DNA of 62,635 bases, counting the filler, from Aduncisulcus paluster (Eukaryota): assembly GCA_024181965.1 (NCBI GenBank). It is 5 parts of 5 records of this genome, joined end to end, with 100 filler letters (N's around TTAATTAATTAA, not from the genome) between each part and the next. Parts side by side here need not be neighbours in the genome. Positions count along the whole stretch, not along the records: positions 32,853 to 53,487 come from BQXS01012705.1; 4 more parts are not named here. One strand, 5' to 3'. Shown one piece after another: positions 36,601-48,338 of this stretch. The number at the start of each line of letters is the position of its first letter. Position 1 is the first letter of the stretch. A model generated the notes under the pieces. That model was not told where the DNA came from and ran no database searches. It saw only the letters and a list, made by a program, of their open reading frames with translations. The translations under genes were made by a program, and so were the position numbers.

Positions 36601-37739
36601 GACTCAGGTCTTCCTCTCTTCTTTTCTTTTTCTTTTCTCTCCTTCTCACGCTTATGCCGTTCTTTTTGCCTCTTTTTCCGGCGTTCTTTATCCTCGGCAT
36701 CCATTTCTTCTTCCCACATCCGCTCTCTTCGCCTTTGTTCTTCTCTCTCTTTCCTTTCTTTCTCTTCAAGCTCCTCCCTATCCTCTTCATCTTTTCTAAA
36801 GCGTTTGACATCACTGTTAGTTCCACCACATACATATAAAGAACCTTCAATCTCAACAAACGGGAGATCCACTTTGAGCTGGCCTTCTCTCAACGCACGT
36901 TTGGCAAGTTTAGAACGTTCGATATCCTTTGGGTCGTGGATTCTCGCATATTGAACTGTGCCAGCCCAAGAGATGGCGACCAAATTGGAGTCTATGAAGG
37001 ATATTGAGACGCTATAATCCGCTGCTGTCAGATACTTTCCAGACACAGCAGGGCGATCAATGAAGGAGAAACGCTCTTTCTTCTCAGTGCTATAAAAATG
37101 GACACCCATGGTAGTTGCCCACACGACTGTAGTGCCACTCCACTCAATGGCAAGAATACTGCCTTCATCTCCTCCAGAAAAAACAACTTCAGGATTTCTT
37201 TTGCTGAGTTTTTGTAAAGGGAGGATACGTTGGACTGATCCATCGCTAGTTCCAACATAAATTTCTCTCGTTGCATCTTCTGATTGAGGATCAGGAAGAA
37301 CAATCGGATATGGTTTATCAGATGAAAGGTAATCGCTATATTTATCTTCAAGGGAACGGATAGTCTCGGTTTGAGGGTGAGTAGCAGCGCAAATGGCAAG
37401 AGACTTTGTTTGAAAGTGACGGATATTCTTCTGGTGTTCATATAGGGGGCAAATAATAATATTAGGGCCACAACATGATACAAAATAATCTCCTACGGGC
37501 GATAAGCGAAGATGAGATACAGGATAAGCTACATTTCTGGTGTGGGCAGCAGCACAAACTGCAGCCATAGCAACACCATCGGGTTGGAGGATATAAATAT
37601 ACCCTCCAGAATTTCCGATAACCATAATATTAGTTGTACAATCAAAAGCAGTAATATCAGATTTCTTCAGTAGAGCTGGAATATTTCCATTAATATGTTC
37701 ATACACAAAGTAAGGTTCACTTTCTCTAGCCTTTTCCAT
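33662..37739 (-). CDS. VPS41: HOPS subunit Vps41, with an assembly duplication at 36229-36710
   Basis: N-terminus EPYFVYEHI...IMVIGNSGGYIYIL (Vps41 WD40 start), clathrin-repeat region (LWDCLI, DPLRMVRRIP), C-terminal RING-H2 CVFC..FFCGHCAHWAC..CRIC. Confidence 0.9.
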
Positions 37740-38072
37740 ATTTGATGTTGAAATGTACTAATTAAATGGTACAAATCAAATATAATATTGGGGTGTAGAC
37801 CAAAACGAAATCCTCTTTGATCCAATTGATTTAGAGGAACAATCATGGGAATCTTAAATTTTATACCCATTTTTTTCTTTTAAATTCTTTTCGAAATTTT
37901 TTTTGTTGCTGCAGAAATACCGTTGGAGCTTTTCTCAATAAGTATGCAAGTACCTGTCAATATCATATTCAACATCATTATAATGAATCACATACATACA
38001 CATTTATTTTCGAAATTACTATAAAAAGAAGGTTTTAAAACAGATGATTGAATTTTCTCAGATTTGGTACAA

Positions 38073-39068
38073 ATGGAGTGGATAGAAGATGTATCGACGG
38101 TAAAATCCATATATGGAGAAGATAATATAAATGATATTGGCGATAATTGTGTTCAAATTAAGTTAACTTCGATTGGAATGGATTTGTTCGTTCTACTTCA
38201 GTGTTCTGCCACTGAAATGTATCCAAAAGGTAACATAGAGTTTTCAATAATTGATAAATCAAGAAAAATGACAATATATGCTGTTGAAAGTTTGATTGCA
38301 CTTGCGAAACATATTCATTTCCAAAATCGTGGATCTCCTTGTTTATTTGCTATTTGCATGGGAATATGTGAATCGATGCAAGAGGCTTATGATCAAGGCA
38401 TTCTTCAAAAACATATGTCCATCGTTGACATTGTGAAGGATGAAGATGAGAAACTTAAAAGAATCGTTGAAGAAGAATCTAAACCAATTACTGAAGAATC
38501 GACAATGTCTCGTGTCAAGAGCAGGAGAAGGGGTCGTAAAGCTTTGAGAGGGAAGACAACTCAACCTTCTGATACTTCAAGCTCAAAGGTGTCTTCCGAC
38601 GAAGTTGACGGGACTTCATTTCCAACAAATAATGAAGAATCTCAGACGTCTCTTGCTGATGATTCAGCAAGTTCCTCGGCTGGACTTTCTCTTCGAGAAA
38701 AAAGAAAGAGGAGAAAAGCTCGTATGGCTCATGTTGATTCCCTTTTCGAGAGTTCCGATAAATTAAAAGAGGTCCAAGATAAACAGGAAGAAGATGGAAC
38801 ATCGGGGGAAATCGAACTTGATATAGAAGATCATGGAAGGAATTTCCAAGGACCTAAACCTGGTGATCTATTCGAATATGGAACTTTACCTGGTGAACAA
38901 ATGACTCAAGAACGATTTGGAGTGTGGTGGAAAGAGTTTAGGGAGAAAAATGGGATTGTTGAAGCTTTGGTTCGTGACGATCATCTCATTTATCCAGAAG
39001 AAGATGAAGACGGTCCAAAAAAGGTGAAAGGGAGCGATCTTTTTGAAATAGGAGGTGTAAAAAAATAG
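38073..39068 (+). CDS. RWD-domain protein RWDD1/Gir2 (DFRP2)
   Basis: N-terminal RWD (VKSIYG, YP, GSPCLFAI) and a DFRP-like C-terminus (GEQMTQERFGVWWKEF, KGSDLFE). Start uncertain. Confidence 0.75.
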   Translation: MEWIEDVSTVKSIYGEDNINDIGDNCVQIKLTSIGMDLFVLLQCSATEMYPKGNIEFSIIDKSRKMTIYAVESLIALAKHIHFQNRGSPCLFAICMGICESMQEAYDQGILQKHMSIVDIVKDEDEKLKRIVEEESKPITEESTMSRVKSRRRGRKALRGKTTQPSDTSSSKVSSDEVDGTSFPTNNEESQTSLADDSASSSAGLSLREKRKRRKARMAHVDSLFESSDKLKEVQDKQEEDGTSGEIELDIEDHGRNFQGPKPGDLFEYGTLPGEQMTQERFGVWWKEFREKNGIVEALVRDDHLIYPEEDEDGPKKVKGSDLFEIGGVKK

Positions 39069-39290
39069 AAATAATAATTTTGTCATGCTTTCCATAATAC
39101 CTTGATGACTTGTCAGATTTCTTCTGAAATCAGTTATATGAATAATCCAATAAAATTGATTGTTTTTTCTTGTTATATACCTTTTTGAAATAATTATTTG
39201 ATCATTATTTAGAAACAATCCAGACGAGATCACAGCTGTAAAATATTTTTGCTTTTTTCCGCTCGAATCCATTTTTAATAGAATTGTCAA

Positions 39291-39535
39291 ATGCCTGAAA
39301 ATAATCCCGATATTAAGTTAAAAGAGAAATTCATAGCTTTTCAAGAAAAACTAAAAGCCTTCATGCTTCCCATAGTGAAGTATGGGGCTCTACCAACCAT
39401 GCTTTATATTGGTATGTTTTCTTAATATTATGTTGATTTGTTTATCATAAACCAGCGTTATATTCTATTTGTTTTCTAGGAGCCAAGGCTGAAGGTGCTT
39501 CTCCTTTGTCAGTTCTTTTCCCATTCTTGGATTAA
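39291..39535 (+). CDS. TOM7: Tom7-like 58-aa membrane protein, two exons (39291-39411, 39480-39535)
   Basis: 68-nt GTATGT..CTAG intron. Spliced product MPENNPDIKLKEKFIAFQEKLKAFMLPIVKYGALPTMLYIGAKAEGASPLSVLFPFLD carries the Tom7 YGxxPxxLYxG signature. Confidence 0.7.
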
Positions 39536-39688
39536 ATTCATTGATGATGGAACCCTTCATGATTATAATATAATATTTACCGCTATTTCCGGGGTTTTTG
39601 GCCCATCTTTAACATATAACATAGCATATTTCTACAATGAAGATATAATAAACAATTATTATTAGTTCTTTATTGATTTGTGAAATCA

Positions 39689-40130
39689 TTATTCTTCCGT
39701 CTTTGGGGTTTCATCTTCTTGCTTCTCGCTTGGTTCTTCTTTGTCCTCTACGACAGCAGGTTTGGATTCATCTTCAGCTACGGGCTCAGAGGCATCTTCA
39801 ACCTTTTCCTTGGAGAATAATTTGGCGATGGGTTCAGGGACACCATACTCATGAACGTAGTAGGCACCAGCACCTACACCGGCAGCAACAAGGGCTCCCA
39901 GAGTAATCTTGAATATATCAATAAAACAAACGTCAAAATAAATTCGAATGCAAAATACCAATATCATTCAGGCAGATAAATTCGGAATGATAGATAAAAA
40001 AAGGAAAAATAAATAAAGAAAAAATTAGACAGCAAATTACTGGTTATAAATTTAAAATATTGAAAGAATATAAAAGGAAAAACAATAAACATACCCAAAG
40101 TCCAGTTCTTTTCTTGGTGTCACTTGGCAT
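39689..40130 (-). CDS. 84-aa N-terminally anchored membrane protein with acidic tail, two exons (40130-40095, 39907-39689)
   Basis: 187-nt GTATGT..CAAG intron gives MPSDTKKRTGLW|ITLGALVAAGVGAGAYYV...acidic tail. Confidence 0.7.
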
Positions 40131-40813
40131 CGTAGTCAAATCGATATTTTTCGCGAATAAGCTTAATCACATCAATGGGAATAATATCCATTTAAATAAT
40201 AAGTCCTTACTTTTAAATAACGGATGATTCCATTTTAGCTGTGAATAATAGGGCTTCATGGCTTCTTTTTTAATCAAGGGCCGTTCGTGACGAGCGTCTC
40301 GAAGTTTCATAAAACGCATTAATATTTTATATCGATGGACAATAATAAGCGAAAAAGGAATTAATATTTCGAAATTACTGGAAACGCTGTTGTGACGGTA
40401 TAAGCTCTCCTTCAACCTCCATAGGATCTCTTTTCTAGGTTGCACTAAATATAACTTACCTTTGGAGTTTCATCCATCGTTTTCAACAGAAATTGTCATT
40501 TGGTTGCTGAGAGCTTAGTGGGAAATTTATTACAAAACGAGTCCCTCCAACTTGGAGATTGATTGAATCAAAAAAAAGAGTCAGAGGGGAGGTGATATTT
40601 AAAAATAAAAAGAAAGTATGAAAAGTATGAAAAAGATGTGGAAGAGAAAATATCAAAATCAAGACATCCGATTTCGAATATGATGACGGATATTCCACAA
40701 CCTCCGTTCTTTGGCTTTCAGATAGAGATATACAGTCGACAAGAATGGAAACAACAATTTGTCTGCAGATCCAACCTAGACTCACATTACTTGATGAGCA
40801 AAAAATATGGTTC

Positions 40814-40815
<2 letters not shown>

Positions 40816-40843
<28 letters not shown>
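40816..40843 (+). repeat. (GTTA)n microsatellite, duplicated near 41168 by an assembly overlap
   Basis: About 7 GTTA units. Region 40783-41117 is repeated after the N gap. Confidence 0.85.
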
Positions 40844-40845
<2 letters not shown>

Positions 40846-41167
40846 TTGAATATATGATCGGCCATCAAATAAAATGAACCGAGGATGAGCCTATAGACGA
40901 ATAATTTGTATACCATTCTGAATCGTATATATAAACAAAAGAAATCAAAAGGCGGATTATCTTTTCATACAAAAAAAGAAAGAAAAAAAGGAATAATAAT
41001 AATAAAAATATAAAAAAAAATAGAGAGACGATGAAATCCACTCATATCAGAAAAAACATAGAGCGGCTTATAATTCTTTTTCGTCTTCATATATCTCCTT
41101 CTTTATATCCAACTCANNNNNNNNNNNNNNNNNNNNCACATTACTTGATGAGCAAAAAATATGGTTC

Positions 41168-41199
<32 letters not shown>

Positions 41200-41421
41200 T
41201 TGAATATATGATCGGCCATCAAATAAAATGAACCGAGGATGAGCCTATAGACGAATAATTTGTATACCATTCTGAATCGTATATATAAACAAAAGAAATC
41301 AAAAGGCGGATTATCTTTTCATACAAAAAAAGAAAGAAAAAAAGGAATAATAATAATAAAAATATAAAAAAAAATAGAGAGACGATGAAATCCACTCATA
41401 TCAGAAAAAACATAGAGCGGC

Positions 41422-42465
41422 TTATAATTCTTTTTCGTCTTCATATATCTCCTTCTTTATATCCAACTCAGAATCATCAGAGTCTTCATAATTAAAGGAA
41501 CTAGGACCCCGTGGAGACGGGGCACGATCAAGGAAGGAGCTTAATGGTCCAGGAAGATAATGCGGGGGAACATTATCAGTATCAATGAATTCCACATCAA
41601 TTGGGGAAGAAGAGTAGGAAGAAGATGATGAAAAACTGGAAGATGATGATGAAAAGCTGGAAGATGATGATGAAAAGCTGGAAGATGATGATGAAAAGCT
41701 GGAAGAACTCGAAGGAGAACTGGGAGGAGGGGGACAACGAAGCCCAGAGAGATCGTCAAACAATTTTTTTAACCAATATTTTTGTTTGGGAAGAAGAGAT
41801 CGAATTGTTTGGTCAAGTTGCACCAGGACAACAGATAAGAAAGCTTCAAAGTCACGTAAGGAAAATTTTTTGAACTCTTCTGAAGATGCCACTGCTTTAC
41901 AATCTTTTTCGGGGATTCGTTTTCGCCAAGATGTAAGAATGTTAAAGAGCATTACATTCCAAGCTCTTCTTCTCTTCTTTCCTTTCGTTACTTTTTTGGA
42001 ATAAGAGGTGCGAGTCCTGGCATTCGAAATGCACTTTCGAACTCCATTCTCTTTTGGAGGAGGTCGAGGTCGAGGGAGGGCCTGAAACAACGGTCGTAAG
42101 GATGTGTGGGTTTTGGAAGAACAACAAAGCAAAGATTTCAAAGAATGATCATACAATTGATACAGATCATCCTCTGAAATCTCGATTGCATAAGACACAA
42201 AGAGAAGTTTAAGGAGGGGGACAATTTCTTTTCTGACTTTCTTCCTGATATCAGGGTCAGAATAGGAAAACTTCTCATAAATAATTTTCAAAGCAGGATT
42301 AGGTACCCCCTCCTTCTTCGGGAAATATAATTCCAATATACAAAACCACATAAGGTCTAAAAAAGAATCTCTTTCATCATCATTTCTCGAAAAAATGAAT
42401 TTTCCCAATGATTCTTCAAAAAATTCACCGATTCCTTTTTCACTACACCGTCTTTTTTTCCCCAT
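41422..42465 (-). CDS. Unknown 347-aa basic protein with (SSSSSSF)n repeat
   Basis: ATG-started ORF, with ~21-bp tandem repeats at about 41620-41705. Confidence 0.7.
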   Translation of the reverse strand: MGKKRRCSEKGIGEFFEESLGKFIFSRNDDERDSFLDLMWFCILELYFPKKEGVPNPALKIIYEKFSYSDPDIRKKVRKEIVPLLKLLFVSYAIEISEDDLYQLYDHSLKSLLCCSSKTHTSLRPLFQALPRPRPPPKENGVRKCISNARTRTSYSKKVTKGKKRRRAWNVMLFNILTSWRKRIPEKDCKAVASSEEFKKFSLRDFEAFLSVVLVQLDQTIRSLLPKQKYWLKKLFDDLSGLRCPPPPSSPSSSSSFSSSSSSFSSSSSSFSSSSSSFSSSSSYSSSPIDVEFIDTDNVPPHYLPGPLSSFLDRAPSPRGPSSFNYEDSDDSELDIKKEIYEDEKEL

Positions 42466-42666
42466 TTTCTTTCAGGCCGAGAAAAAACATCAATTTCGAA
42501 TTCTCCGTATCAGGAGTCCAAAATGATGGATGTCAGATGAGCACTCAGTCAAAAAATACAAATTAAAAAATAATATTTGCATTTATTTTGCATTATTGAT
42601 TTTCAAAATAAAAGACATGAAAGCCAACACGCCGTTTTTTTTTCTTCAAATAGAAACAAATTTCCA

Positions 42667-43416
42667 TTAGACGAAAGAAATCATCATAATAACATAACGA
42701 TCGAATGTCATTCCCAATTGGGCTTGATTTCTCAAATATAATGTTTTACAGAGAGCAAGGGTAACAGCACAATCGATAACGTCAAAATATTCAACAGATC
42801 CCATCTTTTCTCTATCCCAACCTAATTGAAGAGCTAGTAACATGTCGGGGGTCATCATAAAACCTTGAGCCTGCAGAACAGAAGATAATTGAGCGTAGGC
42901 AATTCTTCCAGTCCTGTGGGGATCGCAAGAGGCAAATGCCATCCGAATAGAGTTGATAAAAGCATCAAGATATTTGAATTCAGCGATACCTACAACTCCG
43001 TTTGATAATCCTTGGTCGAAAAGGCGAATTAATTTCCTGGCTGTGGCAAGTGGGAGAACTCTTCCATTATTGGCGAAACCGCGGCTAATTTCACCTTCAT
43101 CGACAAAACCAGAGCGATCAGTATCTAAAGCTACAAATCGTTGCTGAATTTGAGCTTCTTGTGTTGAAATAACGGACCCATATTGGGCGCCCATCCATTG
43201 AGTGGTTGTCGAATGGTATTGTGAGTAACTTTGGCTCTGAGTCTTGGACATATGACGTGGGGGATTTAATGATTTCACGACTAAACCAGCAACGGCAGCT
43301 CCAGCAGCAACTGTAGCCATTCCAGCAAGAAAGCCTCCTAATCCTCTTCCAGGAGGAGGGTGATGATGATGGTGATGATGATGCCTTGGGGGGCCTCCGA
43401 ATCCTCTACGAAACAT
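42667..43416 (-). CDS. Penta-EF-hand protein (ALG-2/peflin/sorcin family)
   Basis: Gly/Pro/His-rich N-terminus, FVALDTDRSGFVDEGE, KLIRLFD, FASCDPHRTGRI, MTFDRYV. Confidence 0.85.
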   Translation of the reverse strand: MFRRGFGGPPRHHHHHHHHPPPGRGLGGFLAGMATVAAGAAVAGLVVKSLNPPRHMSKTQSQSYSQYHSTTTQWMGAQYGSVISTQEAQIQQRFVALDTDRSGFVDEGEISRGFANNGRVLPLATARKLIRLFDQGLSNGVVGIAEFKYLDAFINSIRMAFASCDPHRTGRIAYAQLSSVLQAQGFMMTPDMLLALQLGWDREKMGSVEYFDVIDCAVTLALCKTLYLRNQAQLGMTFDRYVIMMISFV

Positions 43417-46400
43417 AATTGTTGTGTATCAAAGGAAAGAATCAGCGACAGAAACAGAACTAACAGATGTCATCTAGGTAAACCAGAGTACATGAGTTCA
43501 TGAATTATTGATAATGTCGTATCATTTGTTTGTATTACTTTTTTTTTTATGTGTTATATCCTTGTATTTCACATTGTTTCTTTGCTTGGGATATGAAGAA
43601 TATGAAAGATCTTTTTGGATTAAATGCGTATCTATAAAGCGATAATATCTGATTGCTTATATATTTTATCAGCATTAATCAGTATTTCCATTAGGACTAA
43701 ACTTGAGGTTTTATCTTGGCCATTATTTGTTATATAATTTTCTCGAGACAATATCCTTTCATTTTACATTCATGTCAATGGATTAATATAACTTATTGGT
43801 TCATTAATCCAACGAATGTGGCTTTATGTTTCTCCCCTCTTTTGGCCCTGAAGCGGGGTTTCAGGAGGATTATTTCAAAATAATTTATTTCGTATTACTC
43901 ACAATAATGAAAAAATAGGGAATAAACCATTTTTGTTATTATCATTTAGATGCTTTGCATAAATTGTTTCGAACAAACAACCCTATACTTTATTATTGGT
44001 TGAAAATGAGATACATAAATAAAAAGAAACAGATTAATGTCATTTCTTTTCTTTTATCTTTGATTTTGCCAAAATATAATTGAACCAAATCGATTGTTAC
44101 TATATCGAAAAAAAAAAAAAACGAGTACTAATATACTGTAGAAATGAGTGTAGACAATGAATCGAACCCACTTGAAGAAATAATATCCATTGAAAATACA
44201 ATAAAAAAGAAAAGATTAAAAGAAATGAGAGAGAATAACAGGTCTAAAAGAAAATGTACTGATTGAGGGTATAATAAAAACATATATAAATAGATCAAAT
44301 AGATCAAACAAAAACGCATTTTGTGAGAGAAAGAATTTGAGTGTAAACGGGAGTCTATTTTTAGAACGGATAGAGTGGATAGGGGATAGAGTCACGAACC
44401 ATAATAATCTCTCTCAAAATCAACTTATTCTCATGCAAAAACAAGAGAGAAGCATGAGTCAAAGAAAAAATATTAGGAAAAGGGAGAAGCAACAGATCAG
44501 TATTATTATTTTTAGGAAGTCTTCAGAAGAAATCGTGAAGAATGGACAAAAAAAAAAAAAAAAATTTAAAAAAATTATTAAAATTTAAAAGAGAAAGGGA
44601 GAAAATAGCGATTAATGTATATACCTAATCAAAACTCATAATCATATCGTACTGTACTAAATTGTACTGTACCATACTATACTATCAGGAGAAAGTGCCA
44701 TCGTAATTACAAAATACAACAATACTGTATGTACTAATGATATTACAACATACGAGACTCTCAAGTGATAGATAATTAAGGACTGAAAGGAAATTTAGTT
44801 ATAAATATAAATACTGTACTTATATTAAAAACACAGAGAACAATGCTTAGGTCGTGATACCCTACATTTTTACACTACAAAAGTTTGTACTTATTACGGA
44901 TTCTGGTAATTCATTCATCAACATTTAAAATAGAACTATAATAAATAAAATATAACTTTCCTCAAATAATATAACTTTCTCAAACTATAAATAGCTATTT
45001 CTCATCTTGCAGATCCTCTCAGCAGCAAAATTGTCTGGTGAATGACTGAAAGAATTTTGAAAGAGTAGAGAAAGGAAAAGGAAAAGGAAATAATAAAGAG
45101 AATTGCCACACATGATTCCAAGAGTGAAAAAAAAAAAAAAAAAATACTATGGTTGTACCATAATACTGAGGAAAACTCTAGAATTACGATACGAAGCCAT
45201 TAGAAACATAAGAGAGAGAGAGAGAGAGAAATAATATTGGTATTTATGAAATAATGGCAAGAATAAAAAAAGGAAAATGGCAAATTTCAGTTAATATAAT
45301 CTGATTGGTGTGGGTTATATATTGTATAAGTAATAAAAGGGAAATAATAATGTTCACTCTTGGATAAGATCATTTATATAGTAGTTGTTTTAATAATTGA
45401 AGAACTCTAAGAACTACGAGTAAAAAACGCTAATGAAAATGTAAGAAAGGGCTCACGAAAAGAAAGCTTTAAATTGGACCAAAAATAATATAGAGAGATG
45501 GTTCATAATAATGATGTGCAATCGAACTAATCAAGGATAATGTTATATATACCAAACAAACTATAAAAGAAACAGTAACCGTTAGATAACGCTGATGCTT
45601 TGAAGATGAAAAGAACCAATGACATTGTGTGTTATGCCACTGTTGCCGTGTTGTTTGAGGTGGCAATGACATACAATATCATTATTTGGGCGCTGAAATT
45701 CATAGTGTGGAGTCGACAAGGTCGGATTATATTTCTTTCATAAAAAAACTACCAAAAAATATTACAAATCCTCAAGTTCGTTCCTGACTATCATAAATAG
45801 AAATAAAAAAGATGTAAAAATAGAATAAAATAATCAATAAAAAAAAAAAATAAAAAAAAAAAAATAAAAAAAAAAGGAAAATAAAAAAAAAATAATTCAT
45901 TTCTTTGGATTATCATAATTACAATTGTTATGTTGTCTTACTGAGTCTACCTCTGGAAATACAAATGTGCTGCATAGTACGTAGTTGCTTCCAGAAACAA
46001 TACAGAAATGCACCACGTTGTTGGAATTCTATTGTATAGCTGCACGATTATATATACAATTCAGTGGAGCCAGGATGAGTGTAGTCTGTGCAGGCAAAGC
46101 TTCAGGGCAGAGAACATAACAGTACAATAAAGTACAGTACATGGTGCACAGTACAATAGAGTACAAGAGGGTTGAAAGGAGAGCATTTGATAATGGGGCA
46201 TGAAAAGGGGGGCAAAATGGCAAACCATCACAGCTTTATATTGCAGTCAGGTCCCTTGTTTTGCATTCAAGAATAATAATAGAATCAAAAGTGCTGAAAG
46301 CGCATTGAAATTGAGCTTGGGATTGAAATTGAAAAGGAGAAGAGAGAGAGAGAGAGAGAGAAGAGAGGAGAAAAAGACCATGGGAGAGAGAAGAATGCTG

Positions 46401-46867
46401 GCAACAACAAAAAGAAGGTATAATTAATAATAAAGAAACAAATGGAATAAAAATAGATTTGTTGAGAAACTTTGTGAGAGATGATGCTCTGAACAATAGA
46501 GAAATCTATTGTAGCTATCACACACAATAGGGAAACAAAAAACAAACAAACAAACAAAAAAAAAAAAAAAAAATGAAGAAAAATGGAAATATAGGGTATT
46601 CTAAATTTAGAATAGAACATAAATGTATCACAATAAATCAAGATACTGAACCTGTGATAAAAACAATTAATAACCGAGAAGAAAAGTAAAACAGAACATT
46701 TTAATATCCTGATCGTGGGGTTAGAGACCGTATTTGTTTGTAAATGTTGAAGATTAAGATAATAATATGATAACAACGAGGATCGATGATGTATTATGTT
46801 TTTTTTTTTCTATTATATTACTTTTTTACATATACATTTCAATATCCGAAAGATTATAATATCGTTA

Positions 46868-47857
46868 TCATTGCATTCCATCTCCAATAGATCTGAAAGA
46901 CGAGGGAGATGATCCAATCGGTGGTTGCATGTGTCCTTGTCCATGGCTACTGTGGAAAGAGTAGGAGCTACTATGGGGAGACATGTGGGTGGGTGACATA
47001 CGATGGGAGGAAGGGGACAAATGAGAGGGAGAGTAAGGTCTGTATCGATGAGGGGCTCCTCCAAAGGTGTGTGGAACCTGCGAGGAGACAATGGGGATGG
47101 AGGAAGAGGAGGAGAGCGGAGGAAGAGAGCCGTGAGAAATAGAGGACGAGGATGAGGACGATCCTGTCACATTGAATGAGGAGTATGATCGTTGTGGTGG
47201 CGCCATGGGAGCATATCCATGGTCTTGTGGCCCAGCTGGGTGGTGATGATGATGCTGAGGTGGAGGGGGGGTGCCCGCGGAACCTGAGGAAATATGGGGG
47301 TCTGTTGAATATCCCTGTTGATGAATCGAAGGAAATGACGATGAATGATACATCGATGAGGAGGGTTGGCCAGAGAAGGGCGGCATTTGGTGATGGGAAG
47401 GATATGTAGGACCTGGGGGATGGGGGATGCTTCCATGCCCCATTGATGGCATTGATTGTACAGATGCAAGCCGATACTCAAGCTCTTTGATTCGTTTTTG
47501 CTGATCTTGAACCAAAATAAATAGATCTTGTTGACTTTGCTGAGGATGGGAGCTTAAAGCGTTGGATATGGCAAAAGGCATTGGACTAGCTTTCATAATA
47601 TATGGAGGAGGATGATAGAATTTACAATGGGCTCTTTTACACTTTCCACGAAGAAAATCGCGACATAGTTCGAAAGAAGATCCAGATCCCATAGCCCGAA
47701 AGACATTGGAATAAAAATCATGGAACATCACCAATTCATGTGCTGAAGGATGGTGAAATTTGCAATGAGGTCTCGTAGTTGGATTGCATACACCCCGTAA
47801 AAAATCTCTACAGATAGGTGATTCACTTGTTGGTTCTTTAATTGAAAGATCTTCCAT
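46868..47857 (-). CDS. Muscleblind-like tandem CCCH zinc-finger RNA-binding protein
   Basis: ICRDFLRGVC..CKFHHP and LCRDFLRGKCKRAHCKFYHPP, followed by a Pro/Ser/His low-complexity tail. Confidence 0.8.
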   Translation of the reverse strand: MEDLSIKEPTSESPICRDFLRGVCNPTTRPHCKFHHPSAHELVMFHDFYSNVFRAMGSGSSFELCRDFLRGKCKRAHCKFYHPPPYIMKASPMPFAISNALSSHPQQSQQDLFILVQDQQKRIKELEYRLASVQSMPSMGHGSIPHPPGPTYPSHHQMPPFSGQPSSSMYHSSSFPSIHQQGYSTDPHISSGSAGTPPPPQHHHHHPAGPQDHGYAPMAPPQRSYSSFNVTGSSSSSSSISHGSLPPLSSSSSIPIVSSQVPHTFGGAPHRYRPYSPSHLSPSSHRMSPTHMSPHSSSYSFHSSHGQGHMQPPIGSSPSSFRSIGDGMQ

Positions 47858-48338
47858 TTGAAGCAAATATTAACTTTTTTTGGTTGATATGTTTTGTTAA
47901 AACGTTCAAATGGTCAACAAACAAAGGAATTCTTCCAAATTCTGAAAAACAGCTATATGATAAATATGAGATATGTACGACATTAATATGTTTTGAAAAG
48001 AAAGTTTTGGATTGAATTTTTTATTTTTAATTTTCAGGAAATTATTCCATCCATGATTATCATCAATTGGTTGTTTTGATAGAATATATCTTCCTTATAT
48101 TATTGATTCAGTCTTATTACAGCCGAATTAAACGGGATATACCCCAATTCAATATTTTATCTTCAAAGATAAGTCAATGATTCAAAGATTTGGTATCTCA
48201 ATATCCAATGTGTTTCAAAGTATTTTATAATAATAAAGAATCTATCAATTCAACTTTTAATAACAATCATGTTATTAAAGTTCTATTTATTGAGAATATG
48301 CTGAGCAAAAATTTAATTTATCCTTTTCGCTACATGTA

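Noticed and set aside
36229..36710. Tandem duplications around N gaps (also 3467-4087, 40783-41470, 49743-50096, 56273-56692)
   Set aside because: Each is centred on a ~20-N gap with near-identical flanks, so these are unmerged assembly overlaps.
40816..40843. Telomeric repeat
   Set aside because: Short internal (GTTA)n microsatellite, not terminal.
41620..41705. CRISPR-like repeats
   Set aside because: Spacer-less ~21-bp coding repeats (poly-Ser/Phe) in a eukaryotic gene. No array was found anywhere in the window.
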